Positions 1-9,384 are shown, counted from the first letter of the stretch. The stretch: DNA of 64,000 nucleotides from an uncultured virus (IMG/VR IMGVR_UViG_3300020148_000031) (IMGVR_UViG_3300020148_000031); one strand, 5' to 3'. The notes: generated from the sequence alone by a model not told the origin. A program made the numbers and translations.

Positions 1-585
1 ATGTCTAAATTTCATATCAATCAAGAAACAGGAGAAGTAGACACTTGTAGAGCTTCTAAAGGGCGCTGTCCATTTGGTGGAAGTGAGGACCATTACTCTT
101 CAAAGAAAGAAGCAAGAACTGCTTATGAAAACAAAAAGCCTTCTTTCTCCAACACTGATTCTAAAGAAAAAGTGTATAAGGATTATAGGAGAATCCTAAA
201 GGCTCAACCAAGAAGCGTAAGTTCGCGAGCAGGTGACAGAAAACAAAAAGCGCGAGAAATTATTACTCAAAAATATGGGATATCTCACAAAGAATTAAAA
301 GGTATTGTGAGTTCATATGATGAGCAAAATAATATTCGTCACGAAGATAAACAATATATGCGCGACTTTAAAATCTTTACACTTTTAAAAGAAAAGACGG
401 ATGAGTACGAGAAAACTGGGAACCAAGAATGCCCAAAATGTAAACGTTCAGGGAAAGACGACCGCGGGCAAGATCTTATTATAAGACCAAGAATAGTTGA
501 AATGGGAAGAAAAGAAGATGAAATCCCTAAAATTGAAATCTTGTGTTATGAATGCCACTTGAGAAGAATCGGTAAGTTAAAATAA
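1..585 (+). CDS. Protein with N-terminal H-C-C-H module and C-terminal Zn-finger/HNH-like region
   Basis: N-terminus MSKFHINQETGEVDTCRASKGRCPFGGSEDHY is shared with five other ORFs; C-terminal CPKC...CYECH. Confidence 0.65.
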   Translation: MSKFHINQETGEVDTCRASKGRCPFGGSEDHYSSKKEARTAYENKKPSFSNTDSKEKVYKDYRRILKAQPRSVSSRAGDRKQKAREIITQKYGISHKELKGIVSSYDEQNNIRHEDKQYMRDFKIFTLLKEKTDEYEKTGNQECPKCKRSGKDDRGQDLIIRPRIVEMGRKEDEIPKIEILCYECHLRRIGKLK

Positions 586-836
586 TTTCTTTAAATATCT
601 TGTCTCTTATAAAGAAAGCTATATAATGTCAACTCTTGTTGACTTTAAACAGAATATACGAAAGTTCTTGTACCAGGATCAAACACCTGAACATAACCCT
701 CTGACAAAAGAACAATCTCATTAGTAATCTTAGAGCCACTAGAATCAACAAGAGGGTACCGCGAACCTATCTCCATATTTTAGTATCAATATTTCTATGG
801 TACCGAAATATATTTGATGTTATTTATGGTTGATGA

Positions 837-1658
837 TTAAATTGAAGGGATTAAACTATCGCACTCGTCTTCAGAATGATATCTCTTAAATTTTATCTGA
901 ATACGCTGATCTGGAGTAAAAACCTCTTGCTCTTTCTTAAAATCATGCAAAAATGCAGTATCAACAATCTCTGGACCCTCAACACGACCATCAGGGTAAG
1001 AGAAATAAGCAACCCAAACATGCTCGCTACCAGCAATAAAATCTTCACTCTTACCAGAAGAATCATTTGAAATCTTCATCGAAAAACGCTTCTGCTCAAC
1101 TGGTTCATACTTATTAGTAATCTTAGTTTGTTTTCCATAATTATCATAAATCATATCACCGATTTCAAGATCCTTAAGCTTTACTATACCGTAAGGAGTT
1201 GGGATGAGGGTCTCTTCAGACAGCGCTTTTACGCCGGATGGGGATAATAGTTCTCCTGCCTCGTCCACCATCACGAGCAACGCCTGACCCTTCTCTGGAA
1301 GATCCAAGAAGTTGTTTAAACCTAGTTGTTCTAGTTCTGAATAACGTTTCATCATGGTTTGTTGCGCGAAACGCAAGACTGTAAGAGCATCCTGAAGATT
1401 TGTAGCAATTCCTAAAACAACGTTAGAATAAGCACGATACTGTGACAACTCTACTCGTTTCAAGTCAATACCGAGGAATCTCCAAGAATCTGGACGAAGA
1501 ATACAAGAAATAATTATATTCCTCTGTACTACGGAATTGTGGGTCAAAATACTTGTATCATCATTTTGACTTTTGACAGAGAATAACCTGTCAGGGCTAT
1601 CAACGCTAATACACCTTGATAACTCTGGCTCTACTTCTCGTATAGATTTTATTTTCAT
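837..1658 (-). CDS. Fragment 2 of fractured FtsK/SpoIIIE-like ATPase: IntC (aa1-41) + extein (aa42-144, Walker B) + second IntN (aa145-273)
   Basis: Begins with intein blocks F/G (SRCISVDSPDRLF...ILTHN/S). Extein has FtsK motifs GIDLKRVEL, MMKRY, LLVMVDEAGELL. It then continues as ALSEETLIPTPYG...LEIGDMIYDNYGK...AGSEHVW (intein blocks A/B) with no terminal HN. Confidence 0.9.
   Translation of the reverse strand: MKIKSIREVEPELSRCISVDSPDRLFSVKSQNDDTSILTHNSVVQRNIIISCILRPDSWRFLGIDLKRVELSQYRAYSNVVLGIATNLQDALTVLRFAQQTMMKRYSELEQLGLNNFLDLPEKGQALLVMVDEAGELLSPSGVKALSEETLIPTPYGIVKLKDLEIGDMIYDNYGKQTKITNKYEPVEQKRFSMKISNDSSGKSEDFIAGSEHVWVAYFSYPDGRVEGPEIVDTAFLHDFKKEQEVFTPDQRIQIKFKRYHSEDECDSLIPSI
840..1226 (-). 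mobile_element. Split intein N-terminal fragment (IntN-2), Ala1/class 3 type
   Basis: ALSEETLIPTPYG block A with Ala1; block B EHVW with Trp; ORF ends without blocks F/G. Confidence 0.85.
1536..1658 (-). mobile_element. Split intein C-terminal fragment (IntC-1), class 3 type
   Basis: Block F Cys (RCISV), block G THN followed by Ser+1; in-frame stop four codons upstream of the ATG. Confidence 0.9.
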
Positions 1659-1725
1659 TGTCAGCCTTTACTTAGTATAGTAAGTATAGGATCAATATCA
1701 GATTTATCTTGTAGGACTCTTTCTA
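1655..1725. repeat. 71-bp direct repeat, copy 1 (other copy 3073-3143)
   Basis: tcattgtcagcctttacttagtatagtaagtataggatcaatatcagatttatcttgYaggactctttcta; one mismatch (1712 t / 3130 c). Confidence 0.95.
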
Positions 1726-3076
1726 TTGCGGATTGCACTAGTTCGTTCTTTTCATTCCAGTCATCCTCCCAAACAAAGAGCAAAGAGATTCCTTTTTTAT
1801 TAGCTAAATCAAGTTTTGATTTATGATAATCATAACTTTTGAGCCCTCTATTCTTAAAAATAATTTGATCACTGTGCCAATACATTCCGTTGTATTCAAT
1901 TCCAACTTTTAATTCTGGAATGTATATATCTATTTCCTTACCTTCTAGAGGTAAAGAAGTATTCCTATCGATCTTAAGATTTAAGTCTTTTTTTAAAATA
2001 AAATTACTTATTTGAGTCTCCCCTATAGAGGATCTACAAAGTTTACACATATTTCCTTTCATTCTATTACTAATTGAAGCCATCCATTGATGCCCATTAG
2101 AGCAGATCCAATATACTTTTTCAGATGACATTTTAGAGTAACTTTCAGGATTTTGTATATTACGATTATCCCATTCCTCTAAAATGTATTTATATTCAGA
2201 GTTTTCCTCTATGAATGTTTTTAAATCATTAAAGCCGGATTTTAACTTTTTCCCCGAGCATATAGAACATTTATCACCTCTTATGATTCTTCGTCCTATT
2301 TCAGCTTCCCATTCATGATTATTAGAGCAAATCCAATAAACTTTTTCATCACTTCCAAAAGTGTAATTTTCAGGAGCTAAATTATTTTTCGGACTCCATT
2401 CTTTGATTAATTCTTTGCTCATTCTACTTTTAGCGTCATTTACTCCAATTAGGATTACCTTTCCTTTACATACTCCACATGAATTGCTTTTTCGTAAAAA
2501 GACTGTTGATTTATAAGAATGGTTTCCTCTCTTACATTTCCACCAATATTTTTCCCGTGTTGAAAATGATTCTTCTGGAGTTATAATATTTTTATCGTAA
2601 TCCCACGTTTCAACGAGATTTGGATATCTATTTTTAATAGAAACTTTTTTATTCTGGATCTCTTTTCCCCCTGTAAAACATTTTCTACACCCAGTTTTAG
2701 CGATTGTCCTAGATCTTACTGTAGTTTTCCACTCATAATTACATTTACTACAAGTCCAATTTACTATAAGATTACTTACATAAAGAATCTCATTTATATT
2801 GATAGAGTTAGAAATAGAATATTCTTTTGCTAATTCTGGATTTTTGGTATGAAGATCATTAAATCCTTTTAACACTTTACGGTTATTACAAAAAGGGCAT
2901 ATTCTAGAAGTAGAAATAATATTTCTTATCTGCGCAGACCATTCACCATTACAATTTTGACATTTAAATAAGAAATATTTCCTATTAGACAATGAACAAG
3001 AGTAAATATCTTTTTCAGTTTTATCATAAATATAATCTTTGACAAAAGGATACAATTCTAGTAATGTTTCTCTCAT
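1661..3076 (-). CDS. Zinc-ribbon repeat protein with C-terminal Vsr/DUF559-like endonuclease domain (putative free-standing homing endonuclease)
   Basis: Repeated GFNDL...EW...KVYWICSxxHxW...CxxC units; C-terminal EIDIYIPELKVGIEYNGMYWH...WEDDW. Confidence 0.8.
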   Translation of the reverse strand: MRETLLELYPFVKDYIYDKTEKDIYSCSLSNRKYFLFKCQNCNGEWSAQIRNIISTSRICPFCNNRKVLKGFNDLHTKNPELAKEYSISNSININEILYVSNLIVNWTCSKCNYEWKTTVRSRTIAKTGCRKCFTGGKEIQNKKVSIKNRYPNLVETWDYDKNIITPEESFSTREKYWWKCKRGNHSYKSTVFLRKSNSCGVCKGKVILIGVNDAKSRMSKELIKEWSPKNNLAPENYTFGSDEKVYWICSNNHEWEAEIGRRIIRGDKCSICSGKKLKSGFNDLKTFIEENSEYKYILEEWDNRNIQNPESYSKMSSEKVYWICSNGHQWMASISNRMKGNMCKLCRSSIGETQISNFILKKDLNLKIDRNTSLPLEGKEIDIYIPELKVGIEYNGMYWHSDQIIFKNRGLKSYDYHKSKLDLANKKGISLLFVWEDDWNEKNELVQSAIERVLQDKSDIDPILTILSKG

Positions 3077-3143
3077 TGTCAGCCTTTACTTAGTATAGTA
3101 AGTATAGGATCAATATCAGATTTATCTTGCAGGACTCTTTCTA
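3073..3143. repeat. 71-bp direct repeat, copy 2
   Basis: 70/71 identical to 1655-1725. Confidence 0.95.
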
Positions 3144-3174
3144 GAGTAGGATACTTTTTAAAGATTTCTTCCAT
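3079..3174 (-). pseudogene. 31-aa remnant ORF (MEEIFKKYPTLERVLQDKSDIDPILTILSKG), probable internally deleted endonuclease paralogue
   Basis: Read manually; last 20 aa identical to the C-terminus of 1661-3076; ATG overlaps the stop of the upstream gene (TAATG). Confidence 0.5.
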
Positions 3175-3428
3175 TATCTACTTTTAGGGTGATCCCAGTC
3201 ACAATCTATGCTTGCTGTAATACCGTTGTTATTGTAGATTGCACAGTTTATTGTTATACCGTCTTTTGTTGTCACTTCTTGAATGCTTATCTCATTGTTT
3301 GTAGTGCTGGCTTTTTGTTTTTCTTGTGTATTCTTGTTAGTTTCAATTACGATAGGGAGAATAATCATTGCTAGAATTGCCATGACGATAAAAATAATGA
3401 ATAATTCTTGAGTGCGGAGCTTGTCCAT
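3174..3428 (-). CDS. Small membrane-anchored, prepilin-like protein
   Basis: TQELFIIFIVMAILAMIILP resembles a type IV pilin N-terminal helix; C-terminal Cys pair. Confidence 0.45.
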   Translation of the reverse strand: MDKLRTQELFIIFIVMAILAMIILPIVIETNKNTQEKQKASTTNNEISIQEVTTKDGITINCAIYNNNGITASIDCDWDHPKSR

Positions 3429-3445
3429 TATTATGTCCTATCTTT

Positions 3446-4483
3446 TTATAAACTGAATAAAGTAAAGTCTTCTTCTGGTTCTTGCTCGGGAAGTTCAAGA
3501 ACCCATTTGAGTTGACCGGCTGTGGAGACTTTTGTGTAACCTATTTCTTCAAGAATCATGTCGTTATGGTAGAACTCGTTACCTTTTTCTTTAAGTTCTT
3601 TCCTACTTCCAAGTTTTCCACCGTAGAATGTTTGACCGACTCCGGCACCAAAACTACCGGCCATTCTGTTCGGGTTAATGTAGGGAGTCTCAAGAACTTT
3701 TTGTAAATCTGGGTGGCGTTCTTTGCCTTCTTTGTCGATCACTTTTACGTCTTTGGGTGAGTCAGTGTTAAGTACCCACATGTATGCGTCTTCTTTGTTC
3801 GTGTCAAGTAGAGTGAAACCTTGGGCTTCTTTGTATGAACCAAGTGAGTGGCTATAGTTCACATAACTGATGATGTGGGTTGGCTTCTTGTCTTTTACGA
3901 ATTCTTTTTGAAGTCGTGAGGCTGCTCCGTAAATGTGGACTCCCGGTTTGATGGCAAGTCGTAATCCTTCCCAGATGTTTGGAGACTCTAGTTGTGTTTT
4001 CATGCTCCAGCGGTATTTACAGTATTGTTGAACTGCTAGTATTTCGCCAGTGTCTTTAATTTTTAGGGCGTAACTTACTTTTTCGGCACCGGAAGCGTTC
4101 TTTTGAATGTGGTATTTCTTTGAGAATTCGTTACCTATTTCGTTAGTTACTTTAGAAACTGCGAGTCTTTTGGCAGCAAATTTTCTTGTGTCAAGACCTA
4201 ATTTTGAGGTAAAGTGTTGAAAAATGTGGGAGAGTCTTTCGTTTTCCCATGGGTAAATATAATAGATCTCTTTACCTTGATCGTAAGCATTTTGTTTGAT
4301 GGTTCGTAATTCTTGAGTGGTTTTATCGTGTTGACTTACGATATGTATGTCAAGAGTTGTTTTGGGAGAAGTGAGGGTTGTGACATAACCATTTGTTTCA
4401 GAAATAACAGTGTCAGGTAGAGCTTTAATCCAGTTTTCTAGCTCTTCTTGAGTGGTCTGTAGATCTTTTTCAAATTGTGTCAT
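3446..4483 (-). CDS. GNAT-fold protein of the Mom/Hef-associated type
   Basis: FSKKYHIQ, GAASRL, IISYVNYSHSLG-YKxQGF, STAGQLKW motifs. Confidence 0.5.
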   Translation of the reverse strand: MTQFEKDLQTTQEELENWIKALPDTVISETNGYVTTLTSPKTTLDIHIVSQHDKTTQELRTIKQNAYDQGKEIYYIYPWENERLSHIFQHFTSKLGLDTRKFAAKRLAVSKVTNEIGNEFSKKYHIQKNASGAEKVSYALKIKDTGEILAVQQYCKYRWSMKTQLESPNIWEGLRLAIKPGVHIYGAASRLQKEFVKDKKPTHIISYVNYSHSLGSYKEAQGFTLLDTNKEDAYMWVLNTDSPKDVKVIDKEGKERHPDLQKVLETPYINPNRMAGSFGAGVGQTFYGGKLGSRKELKEKGNEFYHNDMILEEIGYTKVSTAGQLKWVLELPEQEPEEDFTLFSL

Positions 4484-4521
4484 GTTAACTTTCTTTCAAT
4501 GCTTTTATTTATTATATCTAT

Positions 4522-4866
4522 TTAGTTGAGGAAAGCTCCCATTTCGTAAGGGTATTCATCAAGAGTTTTGCCTCCTCCCCAAGAATCTTTCTCGTCACGT
4601 TCGTATTGCTCTGGAATGACTCCATTGTCGCTCATCTTCTTCCAATAAGAGAACGAGTAAAGACCATCGTATTCTTTGACTGTAGCGTCAAAATATAGAG
4701 GATTGTATTTAATGAGGTCCCATTTTTCTTGAGCTTCTTCGACTGTTTCAAGTAACCTACCAAAGTTTATTTGTAGGAAATATGAACCATCCTCGATTTT
4801 CCATAATGCTGAGTCTGGGGAACCACCGTGACCAAAGTAGAAGTCTTTGTATATTGTTTTTGACAT
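4522..4866 (-). CDS. Hypothetical protein
   Basis: 114-aa ORF, co-oriented with neighbours, purine-rich RBS. Confidence 0.6.
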   Translation of the reverse strand: MSKTIYKDFYFGHGGSPDSALWKIEDGSYFLQINFGRLLETVEEAQEKWDLIKYNPLYFDATVKEYDGLYSFSYWKKMSDNGVIPEQYERDEKDSWGGGKTLDEYPYEMGAFLN

Positions 4867-4868
4867 GT

Positions 4869-5129
4869 TTAATTTCCTTCAAGGGGAGTAAGAGTGTAGT
4901 CCTTGTTAAAGGAATTGGTGTCTTTGTTCCCCATAGAGACAAACACATAATATTTAGAGAATTTTATGATCATGTTATCTCCTAGGAGAGTTAATTCGTC
5001 AGAGTCAGAATTATAGAATTTTGATCGACATGTGAATTCGACCTCGCTATTACCAATTTTTAAATTCCACATTTGGTTAAGTTTGACTAAAGAGTGAACG
5101 AACGAATTTTTCGGGTTCTTATATTGCAT
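4869..5129 (-). CDS. Hypothetical protein
   Basis: 86-aa ORF with AGGAGG RBS. Confidence 0.6.
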   Translation of the reverse strand: MQYKNPKNSFVHSLVKLNQMWNLKIGNSEVEFTCRSKFYNSDSDELTLLGDNMIIKFSKYYVFVSMGNKDTNSFNKDYTLTPLEGN

Positions 5130-5229
5130 AAAAGCCTCCTATTTTCATATTTATTGTAACATGTTTTTTAGAAAAGTACACCCATTCGATATTTATAATA
5201 TTCTCTTTTTAAAAGTAAGGTGCTTTCAC

Positions 5230-6309
5230 ATGTCTCAAGATTTTCTTAAAGCTGGTGTTGATAGAAGCAAGATTTTTGTCCCGCATTTACGTGTGGATAG
5301 GCAGAAGGATTATAATGTAAGAGAATACGAGACGATCCCAGTTCTTTTTAAAAACGGCGGCGAACGTAACCTTTATAAGAATTTTAATATGACTATTTTT
5401 ATTGATGAACTTTGTAATGCTGATTGCAAGTTCTGCATTTCTTTACTTCGTTATGAGCACAAGAATGAGATTTACGAGAAGCAAAAGATTAAGAATCATG
5501 AAGAGTATTATCGAAGGTTGCGAAAAGTTTTAGATATTGTTGCTCCCTTGCAACCAAGCATTTCGATTACTGGTGGAGAGCCAACTATTTCCCCTCGCAT
5601 TATTGAGATTGCTAAGATTCTTGACGAATATGATATCCGTAAGAGAGTTGTCACGAGTAATTCGACCGGTCTTTTCAGAAAATTTAACGGAGAATTTGTT
5701 ATTGATGCTTTAATCGAGAATAATTTTGATCATATTAATATTTCGCGCTCTCACTATGATGATGCGTTAAATAGAGAAGTGATGCAATATAAAGCAAAGA
5801 ATTATACGAGTTTGAATCATATTGAGAAGGTCCTTACGGTTCTTAATGATTCTCCTATTAGTCACCGTCTGAGTTGCGTGTTGTTACAAGAAGGCGTCAA
5901 AAACCTTGATGATATAAAGAAATATGTTGATGTTCTTTCATCTGTTGGTGGCAATAATTTTATTTTCCGCGAAATGATGGATTTTGATAAGAATTCCGTA
6001 AATAAACCAATGATGGAATATATGGATGCTAACAAAGTCCGCTTGAATGATGTGTGGAAAGAATTCGATAATGATAGCGAAATGGAAGCTGTCATGAATA
6101 TTCTTGGATATTATTATTATGTTGAGATTTACAAATACAAGAATTTTACTGTAACAAGCGAGTCGGCTAATCTTAATCAGCAATATGTTGAGAAGGACAC
6201 TAACCCTGACATGGTTTATGAGATGATTTTTCACGAGAACGGGAACCTTAACGGGTCTTGGATTGAAAGTGAAGACATACTTGATAAATACGATGATTTT
6301 AAGGACTGA
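5230..6309 (+). CDS. Radical SAM protein
   Basis: CNADCKFC (CxxxCxxC), ITGGEPT, HINISRSHY; start placed at MSQDF after AAGGTG. Confidence 0.9.
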   Translation: MSQDFLKAGVDRSKIFVPHLRVDRQKDYNVREYETIPVLFKNGGERNLYKNFNMTIFIDELCNADCKFCISLLRYEHKNEIYEKQKIKNHEEYYRRLRKVLDIVAPLQPSISITGGEPTISPRIIEIAKILDEYDIRKRVVTSNSTGLFRKFNGEFVIDALIENNFDHINISRSHYDDALNREVMQYKAKNYTSLNHIEKVLTVLNDSPISHRLSCVLLQEGVKNLDDIKKYVDVLSSVGGNNFIFREMMDFDKNSVNKPMMEYMDANKVRLNDVWKEFDNDSEMEAVMNILGYYYYVEIYKYKNFTVTSESANLNQQYVEKDTNPDMVYEMIFHENGNLNGSWIESEDILDKYDDFKD

Positions 6310-6312
6310 AAA

Positions 6313-6987
6313 GTGAAAAAAGGTAAACGACTTTATATTTCATTAACAAATAATTGTAATACGACTTGCCCTTTCTGCAGTATGTATTCTGCAGAGGGGA
6401 AAAAGACTTATTTAACCTTTGATAAGTATAAAGAGATCATTGATACGTGTCAAGAAGATTATGAACTTCAAATAGAAGGTGGTGAACCTTTTGTTCACCC
6501 TCAATTTTGGTTATTTCTTGAGTATGGTTTGAGTACTGGGCGTTGTAAGAAGGTTCTTATTCTTACTAATGGAATACTTCTTAATGAACGTTTACAAAAG
6601 TTATTGATTATTAGAAGTGAATACCCTGAGGTTGAGTTCTCTATTAAGATTAGTGTGAATTATTGGTTGTTGAAAGATCCAGAGCATTTAAACAGAGTAA
6701 AGGCAGCTTTGCATTCAACAAAATATGTCCCTGACTTCTCCATACTTTTGAATGTGCGAGAAAGAAACAATGATGATTATACTCCTCTTCTTGAAAAAGA
6801 AGGTTTGTTAGAGTACTCTAACGTTTATAAATTGCAATCATATGGAAAGTTATCTAAAGCGGATAAGGTTTATGAGAAACCTGTAATTGTTCAGAATATT
6901 AACCAATGGGAATTATTCGGTAGCACTGGTGAAAGTTTTGGTCAAGATCTTATTGCAAGAAGTGAAGCCGAGAAATTATTACCATGA
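6313..6987 (+). CDS. Radical SAM protein
   Basis: CNTTCPFC, EGGEPFVHP, ILTNG. Confidence 0.88.
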   Translation: MKKGKRLYISLTNNCNTTCPFCSMYSAEGKKTYLTFDKYKEIIDTCQEDYELQIEGGEPFVHPQFWLFLEYGLSTGRCKKVLILTNGILLNERLQKLLIIRSEYPEVEFSIKISVNYWLLKDPEHLNRVKAALHSTKYVPDFSILLNVRERNNDDYTPLLEKEGLLEYSNVYKLQSYGKLSKADKVYEKPVIVQNINQWELFGSTGESFGQDLIARSEAEKLLP

Positions 6988-7727
6988 GAACTATTAAAGT
7001 AAATTCTCTTTATTTCCCTAATAGAGACACTATTGACAGCTCTAAAGTTTTGAAGAAAACTTTTGACTCTGGTTATATTTTGACCCCAATCACTCTCCAC
7101 GTCATCATAAAAGATTATGTACTAGGAACGCTTATAAGCAGCTTAGAGCAGATTTATCGTGATTATGGTGTAATCCCGAACATCTCTTTGTCAACTGTGG
7201 AGACTGCAGATTCTTTGTTGTATTTTCTTAAAGATGTGCAAGAGCTTGATGTAAATTATCGTACTGTTTCTCTCGATGGGAGGATACTTTTAGAAAATGA
7301 AGCCATTATTCCTCTTATGCATAAGGTTGGTTTGATTCATAATATTAATATAGAAACTAGCGGTCTGTCATCGCAGGAGAAGTATATTTTGGGGTGGAAT
7401 TTTCTTCATCATGGCGGCGATGTGAGAGAGTCAATAGATTTCACGGAAGAAGTAACCCTTGATGATCTTGTTGTGAGGTGGAAGGAGAATCGAACGTATG
7501 GTTTTGATTCTTTAATACTTCGTAAACCTTCAAATAATGTATTACGAAAATCCGAAGAGTTATTAAAACCTAATATTATTGATCAGTACGAGGGTTATCA
7601 TTATTCAGTAAAGGTATATTCGTACAAGGGGTCACTTGTGAAAGTGTATCAGGATTCTTCTTTCTCTCATGAGAATACTATTACTGCGTTTGTACTTAAA
7701 AATGGATGTGTTATTCCAAAAAGTTAG
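6984..7727 (+). CDS. Hypothetical protein, probable degenerate radical SAM paralogue
   Basis: ATGA overlap with the previous gene; EGYHYSVKVYSYKG resembles LGYYYYVEIYKYKN of 5230-6309; no Cys triad. Confidence 0.55.
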   Translation: MRTIKVNSLYFPNRDTIDSSKVLKKTFDSGYILTPITLHVIIKDYVLGTLISSLEQIYRDYGVIPNISLSTVETADSLLYFLKDVQELDVNYRTVSLDGRILLENEAIIPLMHKVGLIHNINIETSGLSSQEKYILGWNFLHHGGDVRESIDFTEEVTLDDLVVRWKENRTYGFDSLILRKPSNNVLRKSEELLKPNIIDQYEGYHYSVKVYSYKGSLVKVYQDSSFSHENTITAFVLKNGCVIPKS

Positions 7728-7831
7728 AAAGTATAATAGAGGAACAAAATAGATCAACATGTGTTGATTTTATTGTTTTATACTGATATTTACTGATCTA
7801 CGTGTTTATTCTTATGCACTTTGGAGTTCTT

Positions 7832-8677
7832 ATGACAAAATACCACATTAACCCTAAAGGGGATGTTACTCTTTGTCGAGCAAAAGTGAAATGCCGCTTT
7901 GGCTCCGAAGATGTTCATTTCTCGTCAAAGTCTGAAGCACTCACATATTTCGAAGATAACTCTCGAACCTTCACAAAAATTAAAAAAGGTCTACATGTCT
8001 CTGACTCGTTAAAGTCACTCGAACAACCACATTCTAATGTTCTTATACTTTCTGATGTTGACGGAACTCTTGTCAAAGGATCCCTCGTTCTTAATCATGC
8101 GTGTGCTCTTCATGATAAAGGAGTCATTGATTTGGGTGACTTACCAGAAAAGTGGAAAGCAGACATGAAGAATGAAGTAATTATTCAAGAGCTTGCTGAG
8201 ACATATCGTGATAAAATTATAGGCCTTCATCTTAAAGATTTAGAGACTAAAGAATTTATTGATGAAGTAGTATCAGATTCAAATAACTTTTATAGTTCTA
8301 TTGATGAGATTAGAACTATGAAGCGCGGCGGAGCTGAAGTTATCCTTATTAGTGGATCTCCTCAATATCTTGTGGGTGAACTTGCTAAGAAGTTTGGATT
8401 TAAAGGTATTGGTAGTGATTATCAAACTGACCGAACAGGGCATTTGAATGGTAAAGTTGTTGGAATGTTCTTTGCCGAGGCAAAAGAAAAGGTTGTTGCT
8501 GAGAGCATTGATCTTAATGAACATAGAGTACAAATTCATGCGTATGGAGACACTAGTAGCGATAAACCATTATTCGATAAAGCTCATCATAAAGTCATTG
8601 TTGATCCTACAAGCGAAACTTTGCGCAAGTTAAATATTCGAAAGAATAATAAAGACTACCGAATTCTTAAAGATTAA
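7832..8677 (+). CDS. HAD-superfamily (SerB/IB-like) phosphatase with N-terminal H-C-C-H module
   Basis: SDVDGTLV motif I, LISGS motif II, AYGDTSSD motif IV; MTKYHINPKG...CRAKVKCRF...H leader. Confidence 0.85.
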   Translation: MTKYHINPKGDVTLCRAKVKCRFGSEDVHFSSKSEALTYFEDNSRTFTKIKKGLHVSDSLKSLEQPHSNVLILSDVDGTLVKGSLVLNHACALHDKGVIDLGDLPEKWKADMKNEVIIQELAETYRDKIIGLHLKDLETKEFIDEVVSDSNNFYSSIDEIRTMKRGGAEVILISGSPQYLVGELAKKFGFKGIGSDYQTDRTGHLNGKVVGMFFAEAKEKVVAESIDLNEHRVQIHAYGDTSSDKPLFDKAHHKVIVDPTSETLRKLNIRKNNKDYRILKD

Positions 8678-8856
8678 AATTCTGCATCAGATACAAAAAT
8701 AAATCGTCCAAACCCTCTTTGGAGATATTCATCAAGTATTCCCTGATTCTTTTCTAGGAATAAAATTTCGTCTGCATGACTATCAGAAAATACTTTGTTT
8801 TTTCTTATTTATAAAGAAATGATATTTAAAACTATTACAATAAGAAAGTCTCGCTT

Positions 8857-9231
8857 ATGAAAAATCTTGGATTTATTATAGAATCGCTTGTCTCTTTAGA
8901 CAATGGTGTCTTTAAGGCTGAAGAATTTGATTCTTTGTGTAGCCAGAGCATCACAGAAAACTCTACTCTTGTTGAATTAAATGGTTCAACCACTATACTT
9001 TTTGACGTAATGAGGTTTGACTTCGAGGGAAGAGAAACACAAGTAATCTTCTTAAAGAAAATGATCGGTGAAGAAGTAAAATATTATATTTCTCTTCAAC
9101 AGAAACATTATGAAGCTTTTAGCGTATATGTCAAAGACGAGAATAATATAAGGGTCCATGTTTTTGAAGCGTCAGATGAGTCATGGGACAATGCAAGCTC
9201 GCTTGCCCTTTTCATTGGACTAATACTTTAA
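8857..9231 (+). CDS. Hypothetical protein
   Basis: 124-aa ORF with upstream GATATT motif. Confidence 0.6.
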   Translation: MKNLGFIIESLVSLDNGVFKAEEFDSLCSQSITENSTLVELNGSTTILFDVMRFDFEGRETQVIFLKKMIGEEVKYYISLQQKHYEAFSVYVKDENNIRVHVFEASDESWDNASSLALFIGLIL

Positions 9232-9365
9232 GAAAACTTTTCGTAAACTTCTTTCGCTTTATTATCAAAATGTGCTAATTCGTTAGAGATTGGACAGGTT
9301 CTTACAGAAGCTGTCCACACGTCAACATTACCAGTTTTAGGATTAATATGATACTTTTTAGCCAT
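9228..9365 (-). CDS. 45-aa stand-alone (possibly decayed) H-C-C-H module
   Basis: Not in the ORF track; MAKKYHINPKTGNVDVWTASVRTCPISNELAHFDNKAKEVYEKFS with GAGG RBS; first Cys replaced by Trp. Confidence 0.65.
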   Translation of the reverse strand: MAKKYHINPKTGNVDVWTASVRTCPISNELAHFDNKAKEVYEKFS

Positions 9366-9384
9366 TAGAATACCTCTGTTTCTT

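Noticed and set aside
645..776. 43-aa minus-strand ORF (MEIGSRYPLVDSSGSKITNEIV...) faintly like a Hint strand
   Set aside because: Similarity is limited to a few residues, with no block F/G or HN, so it is not the missing IntC-2.
5230..6987. Radical SAM genes as the PFL activase
   Set aside because: They lack recognisable PflA motifs (DGPG, CHNP), are about 4.4 kb away and on the opposite strand; not supported without a profile search.
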